From Myxococcota bacterium (GTDB lineage Bacteria > Myxococcota > UBA4151), in contig JAYZBQ010000048.1 of assembly GCA_036338695.1 (NCBI GenBank), positions 382,951 through 446,950 of the forward strand: a DNA stretch of 64,000 bases, in the 5' to 3' direction. Shown here in pieces: positions 61,538 through 64,000 of this stretch. Position numbers and translations under genes: made by a program. Position 1 is the stretch's first letter. Each line of letters starts with the position of its first letter. The notes beneath the pieces are model-generated. The model worked only from the letters and a program-made list of their open reading frames with translations, did not search any database and was not told the origin of the DNA.

Positions 61538-62676
61538 TGCGCATCGATGCTCCAATTTTTGCACTCGATAGCCGGCGTCCGATGCCCCCCGAGCGAGCGA
61601 ATTCTGCGTCGTTTCGTGATGTGCTCCATGAGCAGCCGATCAAGGAGCGTGAGCCGCTCGCTTCATCAATAAACGCAGAAGAAGCGGGCGTCGACGCCGA
61701 GCCGACAGCGCAGGAGCTCAGCGCCCGTGAAGAGACCGACGAAGCTGCGGCTGATGAGATGGACGCGCAGGCTGATGAGGGGGCGCAAGGCGAGGAGCCA
61801 GCCGACGAGGAGGTCGCCGAGGACGAGGCAGCGTTCGCCGTTGAGAGCGAACTCGCAGGGTTTGATGGCGTCGTCGCCGAGGCGATCTCGAGCGAGCCGA
61901 TCGACGCTGCGGTGCGTGTGGAATCGACGGTTGAACCGAGCGCCGTGATGGGCACCAGCTCCCCGGTTACACCCCTTGAACTCGTCTCGAATACAGTCAC
62001 TGTCGCGCCGTCAGGCGCCGTTCAGCCGGTGGTTGGCTCGGGTGATCCGGCGGTTGCGAGCGACTGGATGCAGGCCTTTGAGGCGCAACCCGTCGCCGAG
62101 CAAGCCGCCGCCCAGGCCGATTCGACACCCGACGATGCGGCGATCAAGTTAGGGGTCAGCGGGGGGCGCATCGCCGTGCCTGATACCATGCGGTCGGTAC
62201 GCCCCGTCGCCATCGCCTCCATTGATTTGAGCCAACCTCAGGCGACGCAGAATCTTCAAGAGGCGGTGGCGTTTCAGATCCGTGCCTCGCAGAGCCCTTC
62301 GGGCGCGAAGCAGCTGAGCTTGACGCTCAATCCGGAAGGGCTCGGTCGACTGCGTATCCTGGCGCAAACCGAAGGCGAGACCGTGCGCGTGTCCCTTAAG
62401 GTTGAGCAAGGTGATGCGGCGCGCTTGCTTGAGCGCATGATGCCGCAGATCGAGGCACAGCTCGCTGCGTCGATGGCGATGCCCGTTGAGTTTGACGTGA
62501 TCCAAGAAGAGCGCATCGGCGCCGAGGGCGAGGACCTGTACGAGGCGGACACCGAGGATCAGCCCGGTCAAGATCACCAAGAACAAGCGGATGACGACGG
62601 GCTCGTTGAGCAATGGACCCAAAGCCTAGAAGAGCCCGTGCTCGATCTAGGTCAAACCCTTCACGTGGTGGCGTAG
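61537..62676 (+). CDS. fliK: Flagellar hook-length control protein FliK
   Basis: Disordered acidic N-terminus, LTLNPEGLGRL C-terminal motif; upstream of flgD. Confidence 0.85.
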   Translation: MRIDAPIFALDSRRPMPPERANSASFRDVLHEQPIKEREPLASSINAEEAGVDAEPTAQELSAREETDEAAADEMDAQADEGAQGEEPADEEVAEDEAAFAVESELAGFDGVVAEAISSEPIDAAVRVESTVEPSAVMGTSSPVTPLELVSNTVTVAPSGAVQPVVGSGDPAVASDWMQAFEAQPVAEQAAAQADSTPDDAAIKLGVSGGRIAVPDTMRSVRPVAIASIDLSQPQATQNLQEAVAFQIRASQSPSGAKQLSLTLNPEGLGRLRILAQTEGETVRVSLKVEQGDAARLLERMMPQIEAQLAASMAMPVEFDVIQEERIGAEGEDLYEADTEDQPGQDHQEQADDDGLVEQWTQSLEEPVLDLGQTLHVVA

Positions 62677-62678
62677 AC

Positions 62679-63344
62679 ATGCCGATTAGCGCAACTCAGA
62701 CCGACTTTTTGTTACAGCCCGGGAACCGTCCACAAGATGGCGGGAAGAAGGATCTCGATCGCGAAGCCTTCCTCAAGCTTTTGGTGGCGCAGCTCAAGCA
62801 TCAAGATCCACTTGAGCCGATGGAGGACGTTGAATTTATCGGGCAGCTCACTCAGTTTTCAAACCTCGAGCAGGTGATGAAGACGAACACGAAGCTCGAC
62901 GAGCTCTCGATGGCGACCGGCGCGCAGGTCTCATCCCAAGCGATCAACATGGTCGGCCGAACGGTCGTGATCCCGAACGATCAGCTGACGCTTGAGGAGA
63001 CGGGCGACGTCGAGCTCAAAGTAGATGTCCCGACGACCATCGCCGGCGGCGAGGTGGTGATCACCGATCAGGCAGGTCGTGTGGTGCGGCGGCTGCCGAT
63101 CAATTCGGCGAACGCAGGTCGTGGGACGGTCGTCTGGGATGGTCGCGACGCAGACGGCCAGCGCCTGGAGGCCGGCGAGTATGGCGTCCGCGCCAAAGGC
63201 GTGACGCCTTCGGGAAGTGAGATCGAGATGGGCGTCATGGCGCCGGCGAAGGTTGAGGCGGTGGTTTGGCAGGAGGGCGTGCCGATGCTGCGGCTCTTTG
63301 ACCAGTTGGTCCCCCTCTCGTCCGTGCAAGAGGTCTGGTCCTAA
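62679..63344 (+). CDS. flgD: Flagellar hook capping protein FlgD
   Basis: FLKLLVAQLKHQDPLEPM, QLTQFSNLEQ, WDGRDADG. Confidence 0.95.
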   Translation: MPISATQTDFLLQPGNRPQDGGKKDLDREAFLKLLVAQLKHQDPLEPMEDVEFIGQLTQFSNLEQVMKTNTKLDELSMATGAQVSSQAINMVGRTVVIPNDQLTLEETGDVELKVDVPTTIAGGEVVITDQAGRVVRRLPINSANAGRGTVVWDGRDADGQRLEAGEYGVRAKGVTPSGSEIEMGVMAPAKVEAVVWQEGVPMLRLFDQLVPLSSVQEVWS

Positions 63345-63374
63345 GACAGATTCGCTCCTGAGGCAGCGGCGAGA

Positions 63375-63420
63375 GCGAGCGCGGCGCCTTAGCCAGGTGC
63401 GGCGCTCGCCTCCGTTTTTT
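63375..63420 (+). terminator. Rho-independent terminator after flgD
   Basis: GCGAGCGC-G-GCGCCT / AGGTGC-G-GCGCTCGC hairpin followed by TTTTTT. Confidence 0.65.
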
Positions 63421-63529
63421 ACCTGGATAAAAAAGTCCAAATTTTTCAGGAAATTCGAGCGCGGAAGCTAAACTTGACGAGTCGGTGGCCCGTTGACTGA
63501 GACAGCGTAAAATCGGGAGACGCTGCCGC

Positions 63530-63925
63530 TTGGATTCGCTGCGTATTATTCAGCCGCCTCAACGCGTTGAGCCACAAAGCGGTCAGATCCGCCCCGTGGG
63601 TCGTGGCGGCGTCGGCTCAGCGTTTTCGGAGGTTTTGGCGCGGGCTGTGGCGCGACGGGAGCCGGTTCATGTCGGCGCCGAGGTGCGCGATCGCTTGCTT
63701 CGGAGTGAGACCGAGTGGACTCCCGAGCTTCAGGCGCAGCTGGGCGAGGTGATGGGTCGTTTTGTCCAGCGCGGCTCGACGCGCGGCGTCGTGCTGCATG
63801 ATGCACGCGCCTTTGTTTTGTCGGTGCCTGAGCGTGAGCTCGTGGACGTCGTCAAAGCTGAAGACCTCGGCAATGGTGTGGTCGATGGAATCGACGCGTT
63901 TGCGCTTGTTGCAGACGCGAATTAG
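63530..63925 (+). CDS. Flagellar operon protein (TIGR02530-like) between flgD and flgE
   Basis: Position, plus C-terminal AFVLSVPERELV...VVDGIDA similar to the AxVVSVxNRTVIT...FTNID family pattern. Confidence 0.6.
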   Translation: MDSLRIIQPPQRVEPQSGQIRPVGRGGVGSAFSEVLARAVARREPVHVGAEVRDRLLRSETEWTPELQAQLGEVMGRFVQRGSTRGVVLHDARAFVLSVPERELVDVVKAEDLGNGVVDGIDAFALVADAN

Positions 63926-63934
63926 GAGGGTCAG

Positions 63935-64000
63935 ATGTCCCTGTTTAGTACCTTGTATATCGGCGTTTCTGGGATGGCCTCAAACGGCGCTGGGATCGAA
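63935..64000 (+). CDS. flgE: Flagellar hook protein FlgE, N-terminal fragment (truncated by window edge)
   Basis: AGGAGG RBS, MSLFSTLYIGVSGMASNG is typical of a hook/rod N-terminus; canonical position. Confidence 0.75.
   Translation, partial: MSLFSTLYIGVSGMASNGAGIE

Overview
This is a GC-rich bacterial chromosome segment, densely coding and almost entirely core genome, around dnaA. Several features point to a Myxococcota/Deltaproteobacteria-like organism (inference, no database search): parA-parB-bactofilin synteny, zinc-ribbon/GYF-type membrane proteins, a degenerate MshEN/T2SSE_N protein, two Lon paralogues and a GAF-PAS-PAS-HisKA protein. Left part: NFACT protein; rsmG-parA-parB-bactofilin with a perfect parS palindrome; an HTH-astA-astD-lon-dtd unit; prmA-rsmE; rplU-rpmA-obgE; yidC-rnpA-rpmH and a diverged dnaA with no dnaN/recF/gyrB next to it. 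Middle: tRNA-Phe, groES-groEL, a second lon with thiL, a cyclase-STAND-TPR protein, hemW-grpE-dnaK-dnaJ, mfd and a UvrD/Rep helicase. Right part: a diguanylate cyclase, PhoX, a FleQ-like sigma54 activator, a large TPR protein and the start of a flagellar cluster (flgBC-fliEFGHI-motE-like-fliK-flgD-flgE, no fliJ in its usual place). No mobile elements, CRISPR arrays or rRNA were seen. The best candidates for new biology are the flagellar module in a myxobacteria-like genome, the partial AST genes coupled to Lon and Dtd, and two degenerate signalling enzymes (a HisKA protein without an ATPase domain and a cyclase lacking a catalytic Asp). All assignments come from motif recognition by eye.
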